A program made the translations under genes and the position numbers. Under the pieces are notes generated by a model that was not told where the DNA came from, did no database searches, and was given only the letters and a program-made list of their open reading frames with translations. From the NCBI RefSeq assembly GCF_018350175.1, contig NC_058377.1:20894001-20958000 (forward strand): a stretch of 64,000 bases of DNA. The letters are read 5' to 3'. Source of the stretch: Felis catus. Lineage: Eukaryota. Shown in pieces: positions 1-11,430 of the stretch (position 1 is its first letter; every line of letters starts with the position of its first letter).

Positions 1-55
1 TTGCTCTCTGTCTCTCTCTGTCTCAAAAATAAACATTAAAAAAAAATTAAAAAAT
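1..55 (+). mobile_element. Can-SINE 3' tail (partial)
   Basis: (CT)n-caaaaataaacattaaaa tail at window start. Confidence 0.85.
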
Positions 56-534
56 ACAAAGAGATTATACTAATGTATCTATGGAATACTTGGGGAGGAA
101 GAAGGGGGGCAGGGAAGACACAGTGAGGGAGTCACCGATGTGACCCCCTGACTCCTCTGATTCCACCCATTTTTCTGGATGGATGCCTGTACAATTCATG
201 AAAACCAACTTTTACAAAAAAAAAAAAAAAAAAAAGAAAGCAAACTATTTCAGGAGAATGTTATACTTTTGTATATCAACCCAATGGACTTTTGTGTGCT
301 CATTGAAGTTATTTTAGAGTTTCTAACTGCCCATGCTATTAGCTGCATATAGTACCTTTGGTTGCAACCATGTAGAACCATGAACATGTGTCATATAACC
401 AGAAACTGGAGGGTAACAAGCAAAAGGAAATTAGCTGTTGTTGTAGGATAATAGGATTTATGACTTTTTTCCCTAAATATTCTGTCACGTGTTGTTCTCT
501 TTTCTTTTTTGATTTTAATTTTTTTCTTTTCTTT

Positions 535-745
535 AAAAAAATTTTTTTTTAAGATTTATTTATTTTTGAGAGACAGAGCATGAGCGAAAGAGGAGCAGAG
601 AGAGAGGGAGACACAGAATCCGAAGCAGGCTCCAGCCTCCGGAGCTGTCAGCCCAGACCCTGGTGGAGGCTTGAACTCACAAACCGTGAGATCATGATCT
701 GAGCTGAAGTCGGATGCTTATCTGACAGAGCCACCCAGGCGTCAC
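535..745 (-). mobile_element. Can-SINE (felid)
   Basis: tRNA-derived head, (CT)n and A tail in reverse. Confidence 0.9.
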
Positions 746-830
746 TTTTCTTTTCTTTTTAGTAATGATGCAAAATGCTTTGTTTCTCACCAGTTAGATC
801 TCTCTTTGCCTTTTTTTAAACAGATATTTT

Positions 831-1051
831 TTTTTTATTTTTTTTTCAGCATTTTTATTTATTTTTGGGACAGAGAGAGACAGAGCATGAACGGGGGAGG
901 GGCAGAGAGAGAGGGAGACACAGAATCGGAAACAGGCTCCAGGCTCCGAGCCATCAGCCCAGAGCCTGACGCGGGGCTCGAACTCACGGACCGCGAGATC
1001 GTGACCTGGCTGAAGTCGGACGCTTAACCGACTGCGCCACCCAGGCGCCCC
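831..1051 (-). mobile_element. Young felid Can-SINE with perfect 15-bp TSD
   Basis: TSD ttaaacagatatttt at 816-830 / 1052-1066; CpG-intact body. Confidence 0.96.
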
Positions 1052-1886
1052 TTAAACAGATATTTTCTAACTTTGTCAGTTTCTAAGTCATCAGAGACTA
1101 AAAACTTCTGCCTTTCCAAGATCTCTCTCTTTAGCTCTTGCTGTTAGAGGTAGAAGGGAATGAAACTTCATTGCAATACAAGTCCGTGGTGAGAGAAAAT
1201 TATATCACCCTTAGGGCCTCTTCTACATTTCCTCTGCAGCAACAACCTGGGAAAGAAAGCCTGGAGTTTTTTAACCCTCAAGAGAACCAAATGATGGGGC
1301 AAAAAAAAATCACAGTACAGGGATTGGAATGGAGGACAGAAGACAAAATGGATGAAATAAAGAAAGCATGTGTACTAATAACTGAGGGGAGAAAACATCT
1401 CATGGGTAAAACATGAAATACTCTGGTGACTATATACATAGAAATCCTTTATCTGGGGGGTAGAGATGAGGAACATAAATCGCTAAGCCCTCCTTTTCCA
1501 ACACTTTTCTAACACCATAGGTCAGATCCTTGAGGTACTGCTTCCCTTATTCACATGTCCCTGCCTGGTGCATTTTGGGGTGGGGAAAGGTGGACGCTAG
1601 GGTGTGTGGTCAATGTCAGGGCGGTGGAAATTCATCTCCCCAACAAATGTTGTATAAGGGGAGACAGGCACTATTTCAGACACTGAGGATAAGATTATAA
1701 ACCAAAAAATATGCCTTCTAAGAGCATATGGTCTATGAAAATACACATGCCTACAAAATATTTTAACATTTTGTAACAAATAATTCCAGAAGTATGCATA
1801 GGGTGAAGCAGAAGTACAGAAAGGAGACATTTATTGTTATGTATAATATGTGTTGAAAGGTTTGTTCCTACCAAAAAATGAGACTT

Positions 1887-2098
1887 GGGGTGCCTGGGTG
1901 GCTCAGTCGGTTGAGCATCCAACTCTTGATTTCGGTTCAGGTCATGATCAGGCCATGATTTTGGCTCAGGTTGTGGGATGCAGCCCTGTAGGAGGTTCTG
2001 TGCTAAGCGTGGAGATTGCTTAAGATTCTCCCTCTCTTCCTTTACCCCTCTCTCCCACTTGCACGCTCTCTCTCTAAAATTAAAAATAAAAAAAAAAT
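1887..2098 (+). mobile_element. Can-SINE
   Basis: ggggtgcctgggtggctcagtcgg head, A tail. Confidence 0.92.
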
Positions 2099-3659
2099 GC
2101 AACCTGAAAGTGAATGATTGAATGAATAATTAGATTCCTTTTCCAATACCAAAACCACAAAGACATTGTCCGGTCATAGCGAGAAAGAAGGTACTTGACC
2201 TACTCTTTGGTCGGATTTCAGCTATGCAAATCCCAAACACTGAATGAAAACAAAGACATCTCATTTCCCTTTTCTACAGAGATTTAATACCCACACAGAG
2301 GTTTAATACCCCACATATTAAAGTTACTGCTTGAGACAGTGAGCAAGATTAAATCACCTCATTTAAACTTAAAGTTCAAAAGAAGGAAATCACTTGCCCA
2401 CTAACCAAAAGGCCAGTTAGTGGCAGAATGGGAACTAGAGTGCAGGGTTGTTTTTTTTTTTTTTTTTTTCCCTGCTTGATAGCACCCTTTACATCGATTC
2501 ACACAGATTGTTAAAAAGATTCCTCTTGGATATGCATGGAAATGTTTTACATTCTTCATAACTATTCATAGCTATATCTTAGAGGATATTCTATTCTCAA
2601 AGGCCCTAAAACTGCTCTGAGCATTTGGAAATTGCTTAAGTATTACAGGTAGTAATAAATCATCATCTTTGTTCCATAATTCTTCATTTTGAGACTGTTT
2701 CCTATGACACTGATCAACATTTCTGTACTTTCTTCAATTTCTTGATGACAAATGAGGCAGAGAACCTTTACAATATGTTTTTATTTACCATTTGGATATT
2801 CTCTTGTGATGTGTCTGGTTCATGTGTTTTGCACATTTTTCTACTAGAAAATTTTTCTTTCTCTTATTTATTTATAGCAGTTCCTATATATTCTGGATAC
2901 CAGCCCTGTGTCAGAGATGTGTATTTCAAATGTATTCTTTTACCCAACTATAGGCTTTCCCTTTGACATAAATACAACTAAGGCTCTCTGGTGAAACTAA
3001 GGCTCTTTACTGGAACAATCTAGTGAATACTTCTGGAGGTCATGAAGGGCACCTCCTTACCACATAGTCCACAAATGCAGGAGCAGAATCCTACCATGGT
3101 CTTGTCAGAAGGAAATAACAATATAGCAGTCTAATAGAAAGTGAAATTTATTACAAAGATGGTGGAAAAAAAGCCTTAACACTCAGGTTTGAGTACTTAG
3201 ATCCCACGGAGCAGAAACTGAAAGGGCTCTACATAGGCCAAAGGAAAGACCATATCAAATGAGGCAACTAGGTCTCTGTCACATGAAGTGGATTATATAC
3301 TCAATTTTGCAAATCTTTGCTTCCTCTTTTCTCCTCACCAATTCTGAGAAGCCTGGTTTCAGGTCTAGAGTACGTTCCATAGATTCCAGAGGACCTGGGG
3401 TCGATCAATGGATACACTTTTATATGCGTGCTTTAAGTTTGATAATACTTACCAATATCACAGGATGTAATATACCCCTATTGCAACTTATTACACCAAT
3501 GGTGAAGCATATTGCCTTGTGATGCTGGGTTTCTTCATTAGCAGTTAATCCTCTTGGAGGAACATGGATGATAGATGTTAGCGCTCCCCATTAGAAGGGA
3601 AGAATCTCCTTCTGAGCAAGCAATCCTGAGAAGAGGTCTGATGGAGAAAAAGTCATATG

Positions 3660-3870
3660 AAAATGTCAAACATAACCAACAGTGAACCCTAATGTAAACT
3701 ATAGACTGGGGGTTAAAACGTTGTATCAATGAGGGTTTATTAATTGTTAACAAATGTACCACTCTGGTGGGGGATGTTGATAATGGATGAGGCTGTGCAT
3801 GTGTGGGGGCAGAGAATTGTCTGCGCTCAATTTTGATGTGACTCTAAAATACTCTTAAAACGTCTATTTT
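3660..3870 (+). mobile_element. Old L1M 3' end fragment
   Basis: gtgaaccctaatgtaaactatagact...aaatgtaccactctggtgggggatgttgataat. Confidence 0.75.
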
Positions 3871-4058
3871 AAAAAATGTAGAAAAAATTCCTAAGACATA
3901 GAAAGCAGTGCAGAGAAAAAAAAATAACCTTAAATCCTGGCATATTAAAAAAGAATTTTAAGCTATCTTAAGAAATTCAAGGGGATAAAAGCAAAGAAAA
4001 AAGGGGGGGGAATAAGGTAACAGCCTAAAGCAGTGAATATATTAAAAATAATGTTTTC

Positions 4059-4270
4059 GGGATACCTGGGTGGCTCAGTCAGTTAAGTGTCTGGGTCTTA
4101 TTTTTGGCTTAGGTCATGCATGATCTCACAGTTTGTGGGTTTGAGCCCTGCATTGGGCTCTGCTCTGGCATCGTGGAGCCTACTTGGGATTCTTTCTCTC
4201 CCTCTGTCTTGGTCTGTACCCTGTTTGCACGCTCTCTCTCAAAATAAATAAATAAACTCTAAAAAATGAA
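4059..4270 (+). mobile_element. Can-SINE
   Basis: Head, (CT)n and tail; followed directly by an L1 3' end. Confidence 0.92.
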
Positions 4271-4274
4271 AATA

Positions 4275-4605
4275 AAAGACAAATATCCTACGATTTCACT
4301 TATATGTGGAATTTAAGAAACACAACAGATGAACACAGGGGAAGGGAAGGAAAAACAAGATGAAAATGGAGATGGAGACAAACCATAAGAGTCTCAAATA
4401 CAGAGAACAAACTGAGGGTTGCTGGAGGGGTTTTGGGAGGGGATGGGCTTTGTGGGTGATGGGCATTAAGGAGGGCACTTGTTGGGTTGAACAGTGGGTG
4501 TTCTATGCAAGTGATGAATCACTGGGCTCTACTCCTGAAACCAATCCTACACTTTATGTGAACTAACTTGACTTTAAATAAATTAAAAATAAATAAATAA
4601 AAAGC
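4275..4605 (+). mobile_element. Carnivore L1 3' end, 5'-truncated
   Basis: gatttcacttatatgtggaatttaagaaac...gaatcactgggctctactcctgaaacc plus A-rich tail. Confidence 0.9.
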
Positions 4606-5899
4606 TACAACCTGTAAAATAAATAAAATAAGAAAATGAAATTACCTTTTAAAAAATAAAAATAATGTTTTCAAATGGATAAATACACAAGGACGTGTTG
4701 AAATGATGAACAAAAGTGATAACCTCCTAATAAACCAGATTAAGGTGGGGAGGGAGAGGGAGGAAGTAAATCTACAGGAAAAAAAAATCAATCCTTATCT
4801 TTTTGTGACACAAACAAATATTTCAAGATGAAATTGTCTGCGATTGTTTCAGAATAATTCAGGGGAGGGCCATTGAAATTGGATGAAGGGTACCTGGGAA
4901 TCATTATGTTATTCTCTATTTTTTCCAATATTGCACATTTCCCTCTTGAAACTACAATTCTACTTTTCTTTTTCCCTTTTTTGCTATTTATTTCATCTAG
5001 TTGCCTGTTAAAAACAAAACAACAAAAACTGCCTGTCTCTCTTCTGCCTCCACTCCCTCCCTCATTGTACTGAAGATGCTGTGACCCAAACCACCAATGA
5101 CATTCTGATTGTCCATAAAGTGATATTTGTTCAGCTCCTACAAAATGTGATTTCCTTACAGCATTAGCTATCATTGCCCAATCTGTCCTCAAAACTCCAG
5201 CCTCTTTTTGCTTCCTCAGCAACACTTGTATTTCTCTACCTTCTCTCTGACTGGTCCTCCTTTGCTCTTTATCATAAATATTGACGTTCTCCAGAATTTC
5301 CTTCTCTGTCTCTTGTTACATCCCTACATAAGGATATGCACACATGTTTCAACTGCCATCCCTAGACTGATTGATGACCCTTAATCTGTTGTCAAGTTCC
5401 AGAACAAAATTCTGTCTATCGTGTGCCCTGTAGACACCTTAAACTGAACCCAAACCAGTATCTACTAGCTTCTTCAACAGGCTTGTGTTTCCAGCCATGT
5501 TTTACATCTTACTTAATGGCATCGTTGACTACTGTTCTCCCTAGCTGAAAACATGATTTCCTCCTTGACCCGTCTCTCGCAAATCCCTCACATCCTACCA
5601 GTTTCTCTAATCTGGCTACGTCTTTATATCCTTAGTGCCATCATCTATAAGTTTAAAGGAGGCTTAAGTCTTTCAGCCCAGGAATCCTACTCTTAAGGAT
5701 CTATTGCATAGAAATAAAAGCATCAATATGTAAGAGCATAATAATGTAAGTTGCCATAGTGTGCTCTTATGCTATGACCCTCTGGGTCCTTCCACTACAC
5801 TAGTCCCCAAGGGTCAAGGGTCAAACAAATAGGTGATTCTATGGCAGTTGGCAGCCCTAACAGCAAACTGGCCCTGATAAAGAAAGGAAAGGGGAAGGG

Positions 5900-6256
5900 G
5901 GGAGCTCATTTTTCAAGACTACCCGAGGTGCTGGCTGCTGAGGCTCGCAGTTCCTGAGAGATAAAGGAATTGCCCTGGACGCAGAGTTACCAGCCCAGGA
6001 ACAGCCTGCATTCCAGGGCAAACTGAGCTCTCTTGCTGCACTCAGGATGACTCCAAAAGCCACACCAGGTCCAAATCTCCTGGTGGTGTTGGCTAACATT
6101 TCTTTTCTTGCAACTGCATCTCAGTTCAACCTCTCCTCAAATCTGCTCCCTTAAACACTGGCAGATGTGACTCTTGGCTAAGTACTCCCCAATAAACTCT
6201 CCACACACAATTCTCTGCCTCAGAGGTGCTTTTCCAAGGAGTCCAAATTAATACTA
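5900..6256 (+). mobile_element. ERVL solo LTR, LTR16-like
   Basis: ttgcaactgcatctcagttcaacctctcc...actccccaataaactctcc...ctcagag resembles the recalled LTR16 3' half. Confidence 0.65.
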
Positions 6257-7240
6257 TGGTAATTGCCTACATGTCATTTGCTATGTGCCAAGAATGCTTT
6301 TTAAGTGCTTTACATTCCTAAACTCATGCAATCTTTTTACAAAATTCTTGTGTAGTAGGAAGCATTATTATCTGTAAGATCACAAAACTGCTCACCGGTA
6401 GAGCCAGGATGTAAAGCCAGGATGGTGAGTCCATTTTCTTAACCACGGAGTCTCCCTTGTGAGATTAAATATATTGAACATTGTTTTTTTAAAAAAAAAT
6501 TAGAATAAAATATACCAAGATATGTACAGAGGTCTGGAAGAAAGAAAGTACAGCATGTTTGAAGCAATGAAAGAAATCCAGTTGGCCCATGGAAAGGTCA
6601 AAGAAATAGGCAGAGAGAGGCCATTAGATATGACTTTTATCTTAGTTCAGTAAAAGGCTTTTTTTCGGGGTAGGGGGAGGATTTTAATACAAGTCCTTTG
6701 ACTCTGAGCTTACTGAATACCATAGTGGCCTACTCAAGGATCCATAAATGTTTTCTCTGCCAAGTTACAAAGACAATTGTCAAGAAATAATGGTCTGGCC
6801 TTATAAATGATATTGGAGTGCAATGCTTTGGTGTATCAAGCCAGCTTTTGTGGTTTCAAGGTGCTGGTCTACTTCCCAGATGCCTACCTAACTAAACTTC
6901 TTTAGGCGTTCCAAATGAGGACACAAGTTTCTCTAAAACATCCTATATTCTGAATGGTCATTCCCTTTTGTGGTACTGGCTGGCTGACTATTCCTGTCAA
7001 CGATCTTGAATGCCTTTTTCTCTTCACTGATCCCTACCTAATGTCAAGTAATCCTGGAACATATAATCCTAGCTCTAAAATTGGATCTCTTTAGTCAGGC
7101 ATGCCTAACCTCTTTCAAGGCCTCTAGTTATCACTAAAGCTGGAAGCTCTCTCTAATATGTGATATTTTATCTCCCTCTATATTGGGTAGCTCTCTCATG
7201 ACCTGTAGTCAGCCATGGTCCTCCTAGTGCACCAGCCATC

Positions 7241-7340
7241 AGGGTCAAGGGTCAAGTCAATAGATGATTCCATGGCAGTTAGCAGCCTTGACAGCAGGGC
7301 AGGCCACATATAGGAGTAGTGGGGGGTGGGATTTATCTTC
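7241..7340 (+). promoter_or_regulatory. Candidate TMEM225 proximal promoter
   Basis: About 160-255 bp upstream of the ATG: GGGTCA-A-GGGTCA (DR1-like), GATTCCATGGCAGTTAG (RFX/MYB-like), CATATAGG and a GGGGGGTGGG box. Motif inspection only. Confidence 0.4.
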
Positions 7341-7495
7341 TTTGGTCCACAGGCTTTATCAGCTCTGCCCCTGCCAATACCTCAGCAATCACTAAAAGAT
7401 TAGATTTTGCTCTTCCTCTTGTGAAGAAATAATTAAATCAGAGAAGAGCCATCTGAGATATTGGTGGTGGTCTCGGCTTGAAATCCCCACTCACA

Positions 7496-7673
7496 ATGGG
7501 GAACATATCACCCAGAGGTATCCAGGCCACCAACATGGTCTTCTCCTCCTGGGCCTTAGTCTTCTTGGCCATAGGAATCATCATGGGAGAATGGGTTGAA
7601 CTGACATTGGAAACAAAGAAAAATACAGTAAGCCACAGTCCCTGGATATGTTGCACTACTCTTTGGCCGGAAG
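7496..7673 (+). CDS. TMEM225: TMEM225 exon 1 (coding part), MGNISPRGIQATNMVFSSW...HSPWICCTTLWPE
   Basis: Translation matches recalled human TMEM225 N-terminus (MVHVSNRSIQGMNILFSSW...HSPWMMCCPALWPED). ATG at 7496; phase-1 donor G|GTCAGA at 7674. Confidence 0.93.
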
Positions 7674-8287
7674 GTCAGAACTGCGCTATGGAAAGAGACG
7701 GGTGGAGAGGGAGGGTTCATCTTTCCTTGACTTCCATTTATCTCACCGGCTTACTCATTATCATTCTCTGGGGCAACTTCTGCTGGCTGCATTGCACCCA
7801 GCTCCGTAATCAAGAGTCAAGGCTGACTCTAAAATCTCGCCATTTTGAATATTTTGGAGAAAAGTTTAGAAGCTCACAGACTTCACTGCTGGACATTTGA
7901 GAGACATTGGCAGTAGCAGCAGGGTGGTCAGCACATCTAGAACATGAGGGAATAAAAGAAAGGTAACTGGCAACAAGGAAAATAGCTTGTTTTGCCACTG
8001 GAGGAGGGCAGGATGAATTATATTTAACAAGAAGTCTGTTCTGTGAAAAGAATAGAAGAGAAAGAAACTTATAGAAACACTAAGAGAACAGTTTCTTCTG
8101 TTTCTCTTTCCCACTCAGCTTAAGGCCCCTACCTCTTTATTCTTTCCCCTTGTTCCTCTTTATTATTTAAAGAAATATTTTTACCTCATTCTGATTTTTA
8201 CCTAGAGACTTGTGGAAATTTCCAGGTGGAAATGAGCCTAGAAAAAATATCTGTCCCTCTTTCAACATAGCGTCTGCTTTCCAACAG

Positions 8288-8434
8288 ATGGCCTGGAAGT
8301 GGTCAGGACCATGATGATTTTGGTTCTCATCCTTTCCTTCATCCATAACTTGTTCCTGGGTTTGGAATCCACCTACCTGATTCCTCAAACTAAACATACC
8401 CTCTTCATCGCTGTCTTCCTCAGTTTCTTCACAG
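8288..8434 (+). CDS. TMEM225: TMEM225 exon 2 (147 nt), DGLEVVRTMMILVLILSFIHNLFLGLESTYLIPQTKHTLFIAVFLSFFT
   Basis: Acceptor tttccaacAG|; donor ACAG|GTAACC; phase 1-1; open frame similar to recalled human DDLKVVRIMM...TYLIPQNK...LSFFSG. Confidence 0.93.
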
Positions 8435-8563
8435 GTAACCTCTTGGCTCCCCTAACACAGGCTTGGAGATAAATTTGGTTTAAGGATCTAGGCTGCAACC
8501 ATCCTAGTTCTTTGGCTCAGATACACAGCTTCTGAATTGAATGTACCACTTAGCAAGGTTGGG

Positions 8564-8770
8564 TTTTTTTTTTAAATGTTTGTTTATTTTTGAGAGAGAG
8601 AGAGAGCACAAATTGGGGAGGGGCAAAGAGAGAGGGAGACAGAATCCAAAGCAGGCTCCAGGCTCTGAACTGTCAGCACAGAGTGCAAGGTGAGGCTTGA
8701 ACTCACGAACCATGAGATCAAGACCTGAGCTGAAGTCAGACGCTTAACCGACCAAGCTACCCAGGGCCCC
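8564..8770 (-). mobile_element. Can-SINE in TMEM225 intron 2
   Basis: Reverse head ...ccagggcccc at 8770. Confidence 0.92.
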
Positions 8771-8915
8771 GATTTTTGAACATAGTGCAGTTGTATGTAG
8801 GAGGTTTGGAAGTCAGGCATATCTTGGGTTAAGACTTGAGTAGAAGAGCCAAAGTTCCTTAGAAGGGATTCCCCCCCCGCCCCCCCCCCCCCGCCTTCTT
8901 TTGTCTGGACATTAG

Positions 8916-9050
8916 GTCTCCTTCTGCTCTGTGCACTCCTAATGTATCACCAAAAGCTAAGTCAAGGTAAATCCGTGTACTACTCCAGTTACAAGATCAC
9001 CTGGATCATTTTCACTGCCTACTTAAATGTCTCCCTCTTTGTGGCCTCTG
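8916..9050 (+). CDS. TMEM225: TMEM225 exon 3 (135 nt), GLLLLCALLMYHQKLSQGKSVYYSSYKITWIIFTAYLNVSLFVAS
   Basis: Acceptor after C-rich tract (ggacattAG|); donor G|GTGAGT; similar to recalled human LYHNKLKQGQSMHFSNYRITWIMYTAYLNV. Confidence 0.93.
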
Positions 9051-9342
9051 GTGAGTGTTTTCAGGGCCCCTGATAGGTGATTAGAACCAGTCTATCCCCG
9101 TTAGAGGAGAGTAAAAGGATGGGAAAGCGAGATGGGGAAAAGTGCCAATCCTTACATTTTAAAGGGCTAAAGTTCAGGTGACTCACTCTCTGAGGGCAGT
9201 TCCTTCAAGGGCAGAGTTGGAGATGAGGGCTGTGTGAAATATTCAATAAGCTTGCCTCAAGGGCAGCTCTCATTTCTGCCTTTGCTACTGTCTTTCACAC
9301 CATCCCCACTTCAGGACAGAGATAACCATCCAAGTCATGACT

Positions 9343-9501
9343 AAGGAGAGTTGCTGATGGGGAATGTTTATTGATGTGGCAAGGGACAGTATACCCTGGG
9401 TGTCCCGTGTAGTGTTGAGGCACTTGGAGGTCAGAGACAAGCAATATCTGATGTTACGTGGTCACCTGACAAGCCTGGAGACCCTCATTTTCTTAAAAAG
9501 T
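9343..9501 (+). repeat. Donor arm of 159-bp inverted duplication (TMEM225 intron 3)
   Basis: Reverse complement matches 11272-11430 at 157/159 positions (compared base by base). Confidence 0.97.
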
Positions 9502-9757
9502 CTTGAAAATTTCATTTGGAATTGCACTCACAACCCAGAAGCATGTCTTCTTTCAAAATGACATGAACAGCATTTAAGCTATTGTGGATACACTTCTGGT
9601 CTCTTCCACTAAAGCATCCTCCTCTCCAGTGGCCTGGGGCAGTTCAAAGGGACCCACAGGGCTTTGGGTTGGAGTATCTCTGCTGACATAGAGGGAAGTA
9701 TTTCTGTAACTCTCCATTGACCCCTCATCACCCTTCCCTGGCTTCTCTTTTCCCCAG

Positions 9758-9984
9758 GAGTCCTCTCTCTCCTACAGTACAAACAATCCATCAAGAGCTT
9801 TGCCTGCCTGACCGTCCTCCGTACATCCAGCAGAGAAATTAAGGACAGACAGGAGTCTGGGAGTTCTATCAAAGTTATTTCCTTACCAGAACAGCCTGCA
9901 ATGCTTCGTAGTATTGTTCACACAAAGGAAGATTTTCCAAACAGAGCACACATCCAAACACGTCGTGTAACCTGGGCTGTATGA
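9758..9984 (+). CDS. TMEM225: TMEM225 exon 4 (coding part), GVLSLLQYKQ...ISLPEQPAMLRSIV...QTRRVTWAV-stop
   Basis: Acceptor ttctcttttccccAG|; TGA at 9982-9984. The four exons total 687 nt = 228 aa + stop, with no disruption. C-terminus matches recalled human ...QTRHVTWAL (RVxF/W PP1-docking motif). Confidence 0.93.
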
Positions 9985-10227
9985 TTTGACAATGTATCTT
10001 TCAGTGTGTGCTTGTCTTAATAGAAACAACGTTGTGTGTATGTGCATTGTGTCTCTACAGCCGTGGTGTCTTTGTTTGGCATTATTTAATGCATGTGACT
10101 GGGTTAGGGTCTGTAAGAAGATCCGGAAGGTGGTTTTTTCATTTTTATTTATTTTTTTTTCGATCCTGACCTGCTGAACAGCTTCTTTTATTTGTTCTCA
10201 CCATTTAATAACATTTGTTGTTCATTT

Positions 10228-10233
10228 AATAAA
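10228..10233 (+). terminator. Candidate TMEM225 proximal polyadenylation signal AATAAA
   Basis: First AATAAA I found after the stop codon (about 245 nt downstream). Confidence 0.45.
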
Positions 10234-10896
10234 TATTATCATTAACTAATACTTGCTGTATTGTTAACTCTATACATCACACTTATTTTATTGTGAAATA
10301 TTTCAGACATTCAGAAAGAATACAAAACATGATAAACATCTGTGCACACATCACTCAGCCTTATGAAATTTTACAATTATGCCCTATTTGCTTTAGATGT
10401 TTTCAAATTAAATTTATAGACAAAACGGATGTTCCTCTAAAAAGTTCCCTAATCTCATTTCCCTCCCTTGCTGCTCGTCACAAAACACTTTCAATGATGC
10501 ATCGCTGATCATTTTACATTCACATTGTCATTTTTTAGAACTTAATGCATCTTTAAAAATTATATAGATTAGCCTTCCAAATCTTCAAAGATCATTAAAA
10601 GTCAGACTGTACAGATCATTTTTGCAGCTTGTTTTTTTCACTCAACTGCGTGTATGGTTTTGGGATTCATTACGTTTTGTTCGACTTCATTCATTGAAAC
10701 TACCGCTAAGTTTTCCATTGTAGAGATATAATGTAAAATATTCATTCTCCAGTTGATGAAAATCTAGTTGTTTTCTTTTCTTCTGTTATAAATAGTGCTG
10801 TTATGAACTTTCTTATACACAACTCCCTCTGTCCATGAGCTAGAGTTTCTCTTAGGGTATTTATCTAGGACTAGAATAGCAGAAACTATCTTTATT

Positions 10897-11105
10897 GGGG
10901 CGCCTGGGTGGCTCAATCAGTTGGGTGTTGGACTTCGACTCCGGATTTGTGAGTTTGAGCACCGCATTGGGCTCTCTGCTGTCAGCACAGAGCCCACTTT
11001 GGATCCTCTGTCCCTCCCCCCTTCTGCCCCTCCCCCCTCTGTCCCTCCCCCATTTGCACGCGCACACACTCGCTCTCTCTCAAAAGTAAACATTAAAAAA
11101 AAGAA
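10897..11105 (+). mobile_element. Can-SINE
   Basis: ggggcgcctgggtggctc head. Confidence 0.92.
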
Positions 11106-11271
11106 AGTATCTTCATTTTCAAGTTAACTAAATATTGACAAAGTGACGCAAAAAATGGCTGTTATAATTTACACTTCTGCCAGCAATGTATGAAAATTCT
11201 AGCTTCTTTGTACCTTGCCAGTCCTTCAGTGATCAGTCTTTTTAATCTCTGAACTATCACTGAGTTTGCTC

Positions 11272-11430
11272 ACTTTTTAAGAAAATGAGGGTCTCCAGGC
11301 TTGTCAGGTGACCACGTAACATCAGATATTGCTTGTCTCTGACCTCCAAGTGCCTCAACACTACACGGGACACCCAGGGTATACTGTCCCTTGCCACATC
11401 AATAAACATTCCCTCTCAGCAACTCTCCTT
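11272..11430 (-). repeat. Inserted arm of 159-bp inverted duplication, embedded in an old antisense L1
   Basis: Reverse complement of 9343-9501; only mismatches at 11414-11415; both flanks read as decayed L1. Confidence 0.97.

Noticed and set aside
806-1027. Similar 70-100 aa ORFs recurring at 806-1027, 51957-52268 and 58952-59167 (GGAEREGDTESETGSRLRA...)
   Set aside because: Antisense translations of young Can-SINEs, not a gene family.
7478-7900. 140-aa ORF as a complete protein
   Set aside because: Only 7496-7673 is TMEM225 exon 1; the rest is intron read-through.
8871-8892. Poly-C tracts (also 32219-32238 and near 62212-62224) as G-quadruplex or i-motif elements
   Set aside because: Simple homopolymers; the first is the exon-3 pyrimidine tract. 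No evidence of a further role.
8564-11105. Oppositely oriented SINE pair flanking TMEM225 exons 3-4 as a second hairpin
   Set aside because: Diverged copies of a ubiquitous repeat; such pairs are expected by chance at this SINE density.
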